A stretch of DNA of 64,000 nt from an uncultured cyanobacterium (GCA_963718615.1 OY970368.1:3296001-3360000), one strand, 5' to 3'; counted from the first letter of the stretch, positions 39,526-48,853 are shown. Notes: generated by a model not told the origin, from the letters alone. Numbers and translations: made by a program.

Positions 39526-39676
39526 TCGCCCCAGGGGTTAGCGTCCTTTGTCGTGAGACTTGATCGTCAATCTCGTTTACTGGGATAGGGCCTGAGGGCT
39601 CAGGCTCTATTTCGGCGATGACCCTGAATGCAAGGTTTCATCAAGCGACAAAGCTTGAACAGGACGCTGGCATGGG

Positions 39677-40360
39677 TTAGGGCTGCACCTCCAATAACCA
39701 TCCCGGCTTGACCACGTCATACAGGGCCAAAATATCCGCATTGCGCAAACGCACACAGCCATGGGACACCGCTTCGCCGATCAGCGCTTCATTGGTCGTT
39801 CCATGGAGACCAAAGCTGTAGCCCCCGTTTGACCAAAAGCTAATCCAGGCTGCGCCTAAGGGATTGTCTGGACCCGGTGGCACGATGCGACCCGTCAGCG
39901 GATGCTCCCAGGCCGGATTTCGCTGCATATCTCCAATTAAGTAACGCCCCTGGGGGGTTTGCCAGACTTCGTGGCCGATGGCGACGGGGTATTCGGCGGC
40001 CAGTTTTTTCTTTTTGTATAGATAAAGTTTGCGATCGCTCAGATCCACCACGATCCGTCCCTGGGGATTCGGCAAACCTCGGGGCTCCATCGCAGGCTCC
40101 GCCGCCCAGAGCACACCGCCCAGGGTCCAAAGGGGAGAAAAGGCCGGTAGGACAGCGGTCTGGGACCCACTTTTCATCCAATTCAAGTTCATTCGGTCCG
40201 AGTTCATTCGGCCCGAGTTCATTTGGCCCGAGTTCATTGCAGTTACGCTGCTAAGGCGATCGCCCTCAGTCCCCTGCATCCAGCTCTGCACCATGATCCA
40301 TAGCGAGAGCCCCAGGCACATCAGCATTAAACTGTGGTGAACCGGCAGAGATCGTTGCAT
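39677..40360 (-). CDS. L,D-transpeptidase (YkuD family)
   Basis: IVVDLS.R.LYLY, YPVAIG..TPQG, PGPDNPLG..W, GLHGT, SHGCVRL.N.D. Confidence 0.92.
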   Translation of the reverse strand: MQRSLPVHHSLMLMCLGLSLWIMVQSWMQGTEGDRLSSVTAMNSGQMNSGRMNSDRMNLNWMKSGSQTAVLPAFSPLWTLGGVLWAAEPAMEPRGLPNPQGRIVVDLSDRKLYLYKKKKLAAEYPVAIGHEVWQTPQGRYLIGDMQRNPAWEHPLTGRIVPPGPDNPLGAAWISFWSNGGYSFGLHGTTNEALIGEAVSHGCVRLRNADILALYDVVKPGWLLEVQP

Positions 40361-40551
40361 GCGCTGTCACTCAAAACCCCTTATCTCTTTCCAGTCTCTC
40401 TTCCAGTGTATAAAGATTTCCCTCAACTCAGCGCAAATGCCCGCTTCAGTTCAATTTTTTCGCCCAATATTGAGTATTCTTGAAGGTCAAGGAACCTAAT
40501 ACAGGAGAGCGCGTCTCTAGGGAACAGACAGTTTTGGAGTAAAAGCTGCCC

Positions 40552-41208
40552 ATGAGTGCCTCTCTGTCGGTATCCTGGTTAACGGTCGAGCTCAACGCAG
40601 CCCAGACGCCTGTGCGCGCCGATAAACTCTCAAACACAGACCTTATTCTCGAATGCCAGACCGGGTTCAAACCCAACCGCTCGGCCTTCGCAGAACTCGT
40701 GCGCCGTTATCAGAGCCACGTTGATCGGCTACTCTATCACCTGGCTCCCGACTGGCAGGATCGCTCTGATCTGGCCCAGGAAGTGTGGATCCGGGTTTAT
40801 CGAAATATTAAGCGGCTGCAAGAGCCTAATAAATTTCGGGGGTGGCTCAGTCGGATTGTCACGAACCTCTTTTACGATGAGCTGCGCAAGCGCAAGCGCC
40901 ATCGCCGTCCGCTCTCTCTGGATGCCCCCTATGTCCTCAACGGTGACGAAATGGACTGGGACATCCCCTCCGATGAGCCGGGTCCTTCGGAGAATTTGAG
41001 CACGCGGGAATTTTATTCCCAGCTCCAGACGGCGATCGCAGACTTGCCCGAAGCGTTCCGCACGACAATTATTCTGCGTGAGATTGAAGGACTTTCCTAT
41101 GAAGAAATTGCTGAGATGACCGATGCCTCGCTGGGTACTGTAAAATCACGGATTGCAAGAGCAAGACAGCGATTACAGAGTCAGCTTCAGCCCTATCTTG
41201 ATCTTTAG
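40552..41208 (+). CDS. sigG: ECF sigma factor SigG
   Basis: MSASLSVSW start, AF.EL.RRYQSHVD..LYHLAPDW.DR.DLAQEVWIRVYRNI.RL, LGTVKSRIARAR. Confidence 0.92.
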   Translation: MSASLSVSWLTVELNAAQTPVRADKLSNTDLILECQTGFKPNRSAFAELVRRYQSHVDRLLYHLAPDWQDRSDLAQEVWIRVYRNIKRLQEPNKFRGWLSRIVTNLFYDELRKRKRHRRPLSLDAPYVLNGDEMDWDIPSDEPGPSENLSTREFYSQLQTAIADLPEAFRTTIILREIEGLSYEEIAEMTDASLGTVKSRIARARQRLQSQLQPYLDL

Positions 41209-41375
41209 GGTTTGATCCTTAGGACTGGGTCCTTGGGGCTGACGCGTTGGCACGATCTAGCAGCCGCATGTTGTACCCCACGTCTCCTCCTAACCTTTTC
41301 CAAATCTGTCGTTAGCTCGATTCCCATTCCTTTTTCGAGAGCGATTCTTTGTATATTACGGACAGGCAAACGGCT

Positions 41376-41951
41376 ATGTTACAGCGCGATCGATTTGAAC
41401 TCTTGAGTGCCTACCTGGATGGCGAAGTCACAGCCACCGAACGTCGTCAGGTGGAAGAATGGCTCAACCATGATGAACCCACCCGCCGATTGTATGATCG
41501 CCTCCTCAAACTGCGGGAAGGGTTCCAAGGCATGCCGCTGTATGCTTCCCAGCCAGTGGATGATACGGTAGCCCAAGTGATGGGGCGACTTGATCAGCCT
41601 CGGCGTCCCTCTCGTCGACTGATGGCCTTGGGGGGAGGGGCGATCGCTGCAGCAGTGGTTGCAGCCCTCAGTAGCTTGATGGGAGGTCCGCTCAGCCCTC
41701 AGTTCGCCAAGCAGCCGGTACCGGGGTCTTCTGCCAGTTTGGATCCCGCCCTAGAATCTCCCATCGCGGTGCAACTCCCCGCAACGGTGCCCAATGGGGC
41801 GTCTGGTGATGGCTCCAGCGATATGTCCAGCGACGTGTCCAGCGATGCGTTGATGATCGCCATCGACCAACCGATCCTATCCATGGGCGATGATACGGGG
41901 TCTCCAGCCGGGGGCTCGCCGTTGCCCTCCCCTGGTGCAGACGTCAATTGA
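41376..41951 (+). CDS. Anti-sigma factor cognate to SigG
   Basis: DRFELLSAYLDGEVT..ERRQVEEWL zf-HC2-like region, one TM helix, C-terminal LMIAIDQP. Confidence 0.88.
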   Translation: MLQRDRFELLSAYLDGEVTATERRQVEEWLNHDEPTRRLYDRLLKLREGFQGMPLYASQPVDDTVAQVMGRLDQPRRPSRRLMALGGGAIAAAVVAALSSLMGGPLSPQFAKQPVPGSSASLDPALESPIAVQLPATVPNGASGDGSSDMSSDVSSDALMIAIDQPILSMGDDTGSPAGGSPLPSPGADVN

Positions 41952-41973
41952 TGCTTGCCCGTTAACGCCAGTT

Positions 41974-42456
41974 TTAATGCCAGTGAGACTCGTGCCAGCA
42001 GCCGTCTGGCACATGCTGGCCTGCGTAGACTTGGATTTTGCTGGGACTCATCCAGTAGACCCATACCGTTGCCGAGGGTGGGAGGCTGAGGGGAGGGCGA
42101 TCGCGCCAATCTTCAGGCCCAACGTCGAGCCAAACTTCAATTTGACGCCGTTCGTAGAGATTATCCGCAGCCTGATCGTCAGGATGATAATCCTCTAGTT
42201 CATCGAGCTGGGCGAGAGCGGTGGACGCGAGGGTTAAGACATACCCTTGCACCGTTTCTGTACCTGTTGTCATGGCAGGGTAGCCCAGATTGAGATGATA
42301 GAGGGATCCCTGGGCCCAAGCAGGTTCTGCGGCGATTAAGGTGTCGGCGCAATAGGCATTGTGATAGCGTTCTCCGGGTTTCAAGGTGCCGTAGACAAAA
42401 ACTTTGATGCAGGATAGTTCCTGGACCTGGGACGAGTGGGTTGGGGAATTTTGCAT
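41974..42456 (-). CDS. Gamma-glutamylcyclotransferase (AIG2-like)
   Basis: VFVYGTLKPG, G.LY.L..GYPA, LD.LEDY, Y.R; ATG 42456. Confidence 0.88.
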   Translation of the reverse strand: MQNSPTHSSQVQELSCIKVFVYGTLKPGERYHNAYCADTLIAAEPAWAQGSLYHLNLGYPAMTTGTETVQGYVLTLASTALAQLDELEDYHPDDQAADNLYERRQIEVWLDVGPEDWRDRPPLSLPPSATVWVYWMSPSKIQVYAGQHVPDGCWHESHWH

Positions 42457-42511
42457 GGATGGGCGATCGCTTCGTGTTTCAGGAATATGACAAAAAGGGG
42501 AGACCCACTCC

Positions 42512-43294
42512 CTAAAGTAGATAGCGCCCAAGGGCGATCGCCACCCCCGTCAGCGTCAAATTATCAATATCTCGAAAGGGTAAAGCCTCCACCAGCGTCG
42601 TGGCTATGCCAATGAGCAGTAGGGCGATCGCCGTCTCCCCCAGCCTCAACCCCGGCTGAAAATAGCCCAACCCATTCAACCCCGCGAGCATCACCCCGCT
42701 CAGCCCCACGCCCCCTGCAAACATCGCCGCTGAACCGGCCCAACTTTTCTCCGTGCTCAGGGGCAATTTCACCCGGCCAAACCGTCGCCCTATAATATCC
42801 GCCAGACCATCGCCCCCACACATCATCATCAGCGCCACTACCCCCACCGGGGACGATCGCCAAAACACCAGCGTACAGACCATAAAAACCAAGCCGTAAA
42901 ATAACGGCCCTCGCAAAATCTCCCGAGGATTGCCGCTGCGGGTCATGGCTTGGACAGCAGCCGGATCCTGGAGGAATCCCAGGCCGATTGCAACAAACTG
43001 AAGAACAATCAGCAGCGGGACGCAAACTGCGAAATAGCGGGCTTCGGGGCGATCGCTAAACAGCACCCAGGTTAGGACAAACAGCGGCCCCGTGCCAATG
43101 TGAATAATTTTGCGGCTGAGCTTGGGCTCCAGAAAATTTCGCTGGGCCAGCCCGTTGATCAAGCGTAACCAGGAAAGGGCGATCGCCAGCGACAGAGCCG
43201 CCGCCCCTGCATCCCAAACCCAATCGTTCGTCCAATCGTGAGCCCAATTCCAATTCCAATTCCAAATCTTGATCGTGACCCCGTCAAATTCCAT
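42512..43294 (-). CDS. Phytol/farnesol kinase, plant VTE5/FOLK type
   Basis: SRKIIHI, ARYFA..VP, TRSG..REILRGPLFY, FWRSSP.G..AL.MMCGGDGLADIIGRRFG..KLP...KSWAGS, DNLT. Confidence 0.85.
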   Translation of the reverse strand: MEFDGVTIKIWNWNWNWAHDWTNDWVWDAGAAALSLAIALSWLRLINGLAQRNFLEPKLSRKIIHIGTGPLFVLTWVLFSDRPEARYFAVCVPLLIVLQFVAIGLGFLQDPAAVQAMTRSGNPREILRGPLFYGLVFMVCTLVFWRSSPVGVVALMMMCGGDGLADIIGRRFGRVKLPLSTEKSWAGSAAMFAGGVGLSGVMLAGLNGLGYFQPGLRLGETAIALLLIGIATTLVEALPFRDIDNLTLTGVAIALGRYLL

Positions 43295-43303
43295 AGACAA
43301 GTT

Positions 43304-43342
43304 AAAAGGCTCTGTGTTTGCCGAAGCATTGCACCCAGAGCC
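43304..43342 (-). terminator. Terminator-like hairpin with cUUCGg loop, ~10 nt upstream of the kinase ATG
   Basis: Minus strand GGCTCTG-GGTGCAA-TGC-TTCG-GCA-AACA-CAGAGCC-TTTT. Confidence 0.7.
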
Positions 43343-43546
43343 AAAAGGAAAGTGACTTAAATTTTAAGACTTTGGGAATGAAAATAAAATCCCCGCAGTC
43401 CGTTAGAGGTTTAGAATTAGGAGTCTAGAGATAGAGAGTCGCACCGAAGTGCAGATAGAGGGTCGAAGATAGTGCCTGGGGAAATCCACCGAGCCTTAGT
43501 GGCTTCAGTGGCTGGTGCTAATTGGCACTTAACCCTTCGGCGATGT
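43304..43546 (-). ncRNA. Candidate ~240-nt structured RNA (family not recognised)
   Basis: TATAGT -10 (43551-43556), long nested stem with strand-diagnostic G-U pairs, GCAC-UUCG-GUGC hairpin, terminator at the 3' end, no ORF. Confidence 0.5.
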
Positions 43547-43713
43547 CCTTACTATAACCGTCCCCCTAGGCTTGTGGAACAAGAAACGGTGAAGACCTAC
43601 GGGTAAATCTGTAAAGTTTCGGATACTTGGACCGAATGGGGGTCAAACCGTTGGGAGAGATATCCGTGATTCTCCCTTTGGTCAGTACATTTGAGCACTC
43701 TCTGAGAGTCGAC

Positions 43714-44838
43714 CTAGGCGTCGATCGCCCCACCACAGGAACTCCCCGATCCTGCGGTGCAACCATAGCAGTGTCGCCCTGTCACGACGCTTCGCTGGGC
43801 AAAGTCCTCGGGGCGAAAATTCTGTAGCGTGATCGGTGAACCATCGGGATATTGGGCTTCCAGATCGAGCATTTGATTAAAGTCACAGTCAAAAATCCGC
43901 CCGTCCCAGCCGATGGAAAGCGTATTGCGACACATCAGCCCATCGAGCGTCGCCGGGTTAAAGGCATTGACCAACAGCGTCATGTAGCTTTCCAGATTAC
44001 CGGAGGCTTCTAGCCATTCCAGGTAACGGGAGATGGGCATATTATTGAGGGCAATGAGGCGATCGAAGGTGACGCCATGGTTGCGCTGGAGCCCCCGTTT
44101 CCACTCCTGCTCGGCTTTACCCTGGTTCCCCGCCAAAAATGCACCGACGGGATTGGTCATCAGTGTTAACCGTCGTTTGGGATCTCCCTGGCCATAGCCT
44201 GCGCCATTGAGGCGATGCAGCGCTTCGATGGATTTTTCGTAGGTACCGTCACCGCGCTGGGCATCGGTGTTACGTTGACGGTAGTGAGGCAGGGAGCATA
44301 CGACCTCAACGCCCCGTTCCGCTAGCCATTCGGGCAAATCTTCTCGTCCCGGCAACAGTAAAACCGTGAGGTTACAGCGATCGATCACCTGCTTCCCCCG
44401 GTTCACACATTCATCAACCAGATAGCGAAAATGGGGATTGAGTTCCGGTGCACCGCCGGTAATATCGACGGTGTGGGCCGAGGTCTGATCCAAGGCTTGC
44501 AGACAGGCATCAATGGTGGCCCGGTCCATGTTTTCCTGGGTGCGATCCGGCCCAGCGTCCACATGGCAATGGCGGCAGGTCATGTTGCAAAGTTTGCCGA
44601 TGTTGATCTGAAAAATTTCGAGCGGGGCTGGTTGTAAGGCTGTCTGGCCCGTAGCGGCGATCGCCGCTGCAAACTCACCCCCCTGGGGCAAATCAGCTAA
44701 ATTCAAGGCGTTCAGATCCGCAAGCTGTTGTTGGGGGTCTGCGAGGGGAGAATGGCGACGGTGAAGCGATCGCGTGGGTTTCGCGCCAAATTCAGGGCGA
44801 TCGAGATCGGCGAGGTCGAGGGGTGTGGTATCAGGCAT
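43714..44838 (-). CDS. arsS: Arsenosugar-biosynthesis radical SAM protein
   Basis: QINIGKLCNMTCRHCHVDAGP, DITGGAPELNP, DRCNLT, QRG.G, NNMPISR, MCRNTLS, DCDFNQML, HCYGCTAG.GSSCGG. Confidence 0.9.
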   Translation of the reverse strand: MPDTTPLDLADLDRPEFGAKPTRSLHRRHSPLADPQQQLADLNALNLADLPQGGEFAAAIAATGQTALQPAPLEIFQINIGKLCNMTCRHCHVDAGPDRTQENMDRATIDACLQALDQTSAHTVDITGGAPELNPHFRYLVDECVNRGKQVIDRCNLTVLLLPGREDLPEWLAERGVEVVCSLPHYRQRNTDAQRGDGTYEKSIEALHRLNGAGYGQGDPKRRLTLMTNPVGAFLAGNQGKAEQEWKRGLQRNHGVTFDRLIALNNMPISRYLEWLEASGNLESYMTLLVNAFNPATLDGLMCRNTLSIGWDGRIFDCDFNQMLDLEAQYPDGSPITLQNFRPEDFAQRSVVTGRHCYGCTAGSGSSCGGAIDA

Positions 44839-44876
44839 CGGTTCAAAAAAGGACAGGTTTAATGAGGCTTGAATGG

Positions 44877-44925
44877 AGTGATGGGGAGAGTGATGGGGTC
44901 ATGGAATGATGATGGGGTGATGGGT
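44877..44925. repeat. STRR-like short repeats (GTGATGGG core)
   Basis: GAGTGATGGGGA GAGTGATGGGGT ... GATGATGGG GTGATGGG between the AhpD-like gene and arsS. Confidence 0.55.
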
Positions 44926-44938
44926 GAACCGCTGGGGG

Positions 44939-45268
44939 TTACATGGACATCTGCTGGGCTTGGTCCATCATTTGTAGCCCGTGGATGAGGGAAGCTCCGC
45001 CTCGAATTGCTGTGGCAACGTGGACGGCTTCGGTCATTTCTTCTAGATCTGAGCCCTGCTGGAGTGATTCTTTGGTATAGGCTTCGATGCAGTAGGGACA
45101 TTGCACTGTATGGGCAACCGCGAGGGCAATCAAGGCTTTTTCCCGTTTAGACAAGGCTCCGTCGTCAAAGACGGATTGGTAATAATCAAAGAACTTTTTG
45201 GCGAGCTCCGGGCTGCCTTCGCCGATTTGGCTAAACTGGGGCAAATGTTCGCGCTTGTAGTAGTCCAT
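44939..45268 (-). CDS. AhpD/CMD-like protein of the arsS-associated subfamily
   Basis: YY...L..F..I....PELA.KFFDYY..VF..GALS.REK.LIALAVAH..QCPYCI.AYT, AVHV..AIRGGASL.HG.QM. Confidence 0.88.
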   Translation of the reverse strand: MDYYKREHLPQFSQIGEGSPELAKKFFDYYQSVFDDGALSKREKALIALAVAHTVQCPYCIEAYTKESLQQGSDLEEMTEAVHVATAIRGGASLIHGLQMMDQAQQMSM

Positions 45269-46129
45269 GCAATTAACGATGAAAATGCGATAAATTAAGA
45301 GGCGACCTGCAAGACGTGCCAGCAGATCTTGCAGTTCTTGTTCATCCTAGCGATGAAACCTGAAGGAAAGCTGAGAACTTCAGGAAAATCGAGCGATCGG
45401 GTTGAAGTTTAGTGAGAGTCTAAGATTTAGTTTGAGCCTAGAGGCGTTAGATGCCTTGTGGGTGCCTAGATGCCTTATGGGGGTTGTGGGCGATCGCCCC
45501 TACTCTCCCCCTCCCTAAACCTCCAGAAAAACCGCTAGATCATCCATGCCACGCTCAAACGCCACAGAGTGCGGGGCCTGTAATTCCACGGAGCAAAAAC
45601 CGAAGCTTCTCCGGCAGATTTCAGAGATGGTACTCCAATTCATTCAGTAGTTAAACTCATTTTTTCAAGTTTTGAGCGAGCGTATCTGATGCGCCGATAC
45701 GATTTGATGCACTTTAGTCTAGAAGTTTAGCTAAAAATTGAGATTAAAGCCAGTTGTCATAGGGCTTTTGACAGATCTATTCATGCTCAGTGATTACCAG
45801 GCATTTTGTACAGATTTCCTCCGCAATCATGTTGAGGTCAATCACAACCTCTGACTATTTTAGAGCCGTAGACACTCGATAGAAAAACGGGGAGTGGGGC
45901 AATCGTAAGTTCATCGCTCTCTCGGAGCCTTAGCTAATCGTTGGAAATTAGAATTTAGAGTAAGTTTGGCGATCGCTTCGTCCTGCTCTCGTCCTGCTCT
46001 CTCAGAACGGGATCATGCTGGAGACAGTTTGAGCCATTGCTAAAAATCAGGGTTTTGCAGCTACGGTCTCTGATTAGAGATTGGAGATGAGTTCGTGCAT
46101 TAGATTACTTGTGGGGAGAACTTCTTTCA

Positions 46130-48853
46130 ATGTTTCAGCTAAGCCTTAAGCCCCTTGCTTTAAAGTCTGTTCATTTACTGCTTCTTTTAGGGTCTGCCTT
46201 TCCATTCGCCTGGGGTAATCTTAATCCTGCTTGGGCACAGGAATCTACTCAGCAAGACTCAGTTCAGCAAGACTCAGTTGTACTAGAGACCGGAGCACAA
46301 ACCTTAAAAATTCCCTCACGACTTAGCATTCAGCACAGCAGTTCTAGCGCTGGATTTGACGGTTTGACCAGTCTGAGTGGCTTTATTCCTCTAGAACAGT
46401 TATCTGGTGCTCATATTACCTTTATAGAGGGCGATGTCTTACTGGATAATGGTGCAAACCTTGGTTGGAGTCTAAGCTTGGGTCATCGCGGCTATAGTTC
46501 TCAGGAAAATCGCGTGCGCGGCGGCCATATCGGCATTGATGGCCGTTCAACGGATGAAAGTACCTTTTATCAACTTGCAGCCGGTTATGAAAGCCTAGGC
46601 GATCAGTGGGATGTGCGATTCAATGGCTATTTGCCCATTGGCGAAACCACCAATACGATCCGAGATGTTAACTTCGACAGTGGTTTACAAACTTCGACGG
46701 CCTTTCAATCGAATCAATTGGTTCTTTCTGCAATTCGTGAACGTCAGCGAATTCTTCAAGAAGAAGAAGCCCTCGGGGGTTTTGATGCGGAAGTAGGTAC
46801 AAAACTCAGTCGCTGGAATGGGGGAGAACTGACGGGAGCGATCGGCGGCTATTTGCTAACGGGCGAAGAGACTAGCCTCGGTGGCCAACTGCGTCTATCG
46901 GCGAACTTCAAATCTAACTTTAATGCGGGAGTTGCCGTTCAGCATGACGGCATTTTTGGCACTAATCTTGTGGTTTCTCTCGGGGCAAGTCTGCCCAATC
47001 TGCGATTTCAAAAACAGGAAGAGCAGAAATTTCAAACCGAAAATGAAGTTGCTATTCGTTTAAGAGATCCCCTTCATCGTCGTTCAACCGTCGCAGTTCA
47101 AAGCCGCAATAAGTCTGAAATCTCCTTTGAATCGACAACGGCAGCCCTTAAAAACCCTGAAGAAGAACAGGAGTATCGATTTCTTCATGTAGACCTTGCG
47201 AAGGGAGCGGTTGCAGGGGATGGGACCTATGAAAATCCATTGGGTACAGTGGAGGCGGCGATCGCCCTAATCAACAGCAACCCCAATACCTATAGCGATG
47301 GTAATACGATCGTCTACGTCGATGGTGAATCTGCTCTAAGCACGACGATTCCTGGATTTGTCCTCCCCGATCGCGTCAGTATCCTCTCCCAAGGACCCCA
47401 ACAAACGATTGCGGGCATGTCTTTTCCCGGCTTCCCCACGACCCCGACGCGTTTACCCTTTTCAGCACAAGCCAATTTCAATATACCGAATAATAGCGCC
47501 CCTAAGGCGAATGGCGTAGCGGTGTTGTTACCCGATTCTGGAGATAATGTTTTTCCTGTGATTACGGGAGGAGCAAATGCGGATTTAGTTACACTTGGTA
47601 ATAGCACGGTTCTGGCGGGTTTCCAAATTCAAAATGCATCCCAACATGGCGTTACGGCATCCAATGTCAACAACGTAGAGCTACGCAATAATGCGATTTC
47701 TGGTTCTGGGGGGAACGGCATCTTTTTGGATGATGTGGGGGGTAGCGCGACGCTGTTTGATAACACGGTTACGGGGTCGGGCGATCGCGGTATTTTTGCC
47801 CGCAATACCCAAACCAATCAATCTTTGGATGTTGCGATCGCAGGCTACGACCTCAATAACAACCGAGTGGGGATGGAGTTTGCAGCGATTGCTAGCACCA
47901 CAGGACCTCAGGTGCCTGCTCAAATTATTGCCATCGGCCCGAGTCTTAGCATCAATACCAGCAGCGGTTTACCCGGTGGTACAGCGCTCACCAATTCTGT
48001 CTTGAACAGCACGGATGAAGGGATTCTTGTCCAGGCTACAGGGGATGCCTTACTCACGAGTGCAACCCAGGAATTCACGTTTGACCAAGGCACGATTGAT
48101 GGGAGTGGTGGTGCCGGTTTAAGCGTTTTGGCCAATGTCGGTGCCCATGTTCAGGAAGTTAATGTGAGGAATAGTGCGATCGCCAACAACGGCGGTGCGG
48201 GCATTCAAATCGTCAACGGAACGCCGCCAGCGGGGGCCACGGTAACCGCAGCATCCCAAGAACTGATCATTCGCAATAACAGAATTGACAACAATGGAGG
48301 CGCGGGCATTGATGTGGCGGTAGGCGATGCGAGCAGTCAGGAATTAGTCATTCGAGGGAATCAAATTACTAACAATGCTGGGGGGGGCATTAACTCGATC
48401 GCTCGGAACGTTGCGATTCAGGAATGGCGGACGGATTCTGCGACAGGAGATGCGGGGATTAATGAGAATACGATCACGGGAAATGGGGGTGAGGCGATCG
48501 CCATTAATGCCCAAGATTTGGCTATCTTGCCGATTGTGAGTGTGGTGAATAATGAGATTTCGGGGGGGGGATCGCCGGATGTGGCGATCGCCACCACCTC
48601 TACCCCAAGTTCTCCAGGAACGCCAACGGCTTGTGCTGTAATTTCTGGCAATCGTTTGGGGGGAGCAATTCGCCTGACTGGGGTCTCAACGGTGTTATCG
48701 GGTGGGCTACCGACCTTCCAAGTTCAGGATTTGCTCAGTCTATCTAATTTAAATAATGGAACTCCAGTGGTCTTTTCTTCGAATCTTTTGGGTACTGTAA
48801 CGACACCAGACACTGCTCCATTTAGCAATGAAACGGGTGGCTGTATTCAATAG
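46130..48853 (+). CDS. Inverse-autotransporter-type beta-barrel plus right-handed beta-helix protein
   Basis: Signal peptide AWA-Q; barrel motifs YQLAAGYESLG..WD.RFNGYLPIG, GFDAEVG, HD.IFG, RL.DP..R; GDGTYENP start of PbH1-like repeats (I..N.I..N.G.GI). Confidence 0.75.
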   Translation: MFQLSLKPLALKSVHLLLLLGSAFPFAWGNLNPAWAQESTQQDSVQQDSVVLETGAQTLKIPSRLSIQHSSSSAGFDGLTSLSGFIPLEQLSGAHITFIEGDVLLDNGANLGWSLSLGHRGYSSQENRVRGGHIGIDGRSTDESTFYQLAAGYESLGDQWDVRFNGYLPIGETTNTIRDVNFDSGLQTSTAFQSNQLVLSAIRERQRILQEEEALGGFDAEVGTKLSRWNGGELTGAIGGYLLTGEETSLGGQLRLSANFKSNFNAGVAVQHDGIFGTNLVVSLGASLPNLRFQKQEEQKFQTENEVAIRLRDPLHRRSTVAVQSRNKSEISFESTTAALKNPEEEQEYRFLHVDLAKGAVAGDGTYENPLGTVEAAIALINSNPNTYSDGNTIVYVDGESALSTTIPGFVLPDRVSILSQGPQQTIAGMSFPGFPTTPTRLPFSAQANFNIPNNSAPKANGVAVLLPDSGDNVFPVITGGANADLVTLGNSTVLAGFQIQNASQHGVTASNVNNVELRNNAISGSGGNGIFLDDVGGSATLFDNTVTGSGDRGIFARNTQTNQSLDVAIAGYDLNNNRVGMEFAAIASTTGPQVPAQIIAIGPSLSINTSSGLPGGTALTNSVLNSTDEGILVQATGDALLTSATQEFTFDQGTIDGSGGAGLSVLANVGAHVQEVNVRNSAIANNGGAGIQIVNGTPPAGATVTAASQELIIRNNRIDNNGGAGIDVAVGDASSQELVIRGNQITNNAGGGINSIARNVAIQEWRTDSATGDAGINENTITGNGGEAIAINAQDLAILPIVSVVNNEISGGGSPDVAIATTSTPSSPGTPTACAVISGNRLGGAIRLTGVSTVLSGGLPTFQVQDLLSLSNLNNGTPVVFSSNLLGTVTTPDTAPFSNETGGCIQ

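Noticed and set aside
43430-43545. Glycine riboswitch (C(A/G)CCGAAG words on both strands)
   Set aside because: The GGAGA and CUCAGG elements are not in the right arrangement and no glycine-related gene follows; the words are explained by the stem and UUCG hairpin.
43714-43760. Selenocysteine form of ArsS
   Set aside because: The GSSCGG position is a TGT Cys codon; there is no in-frame TGA.
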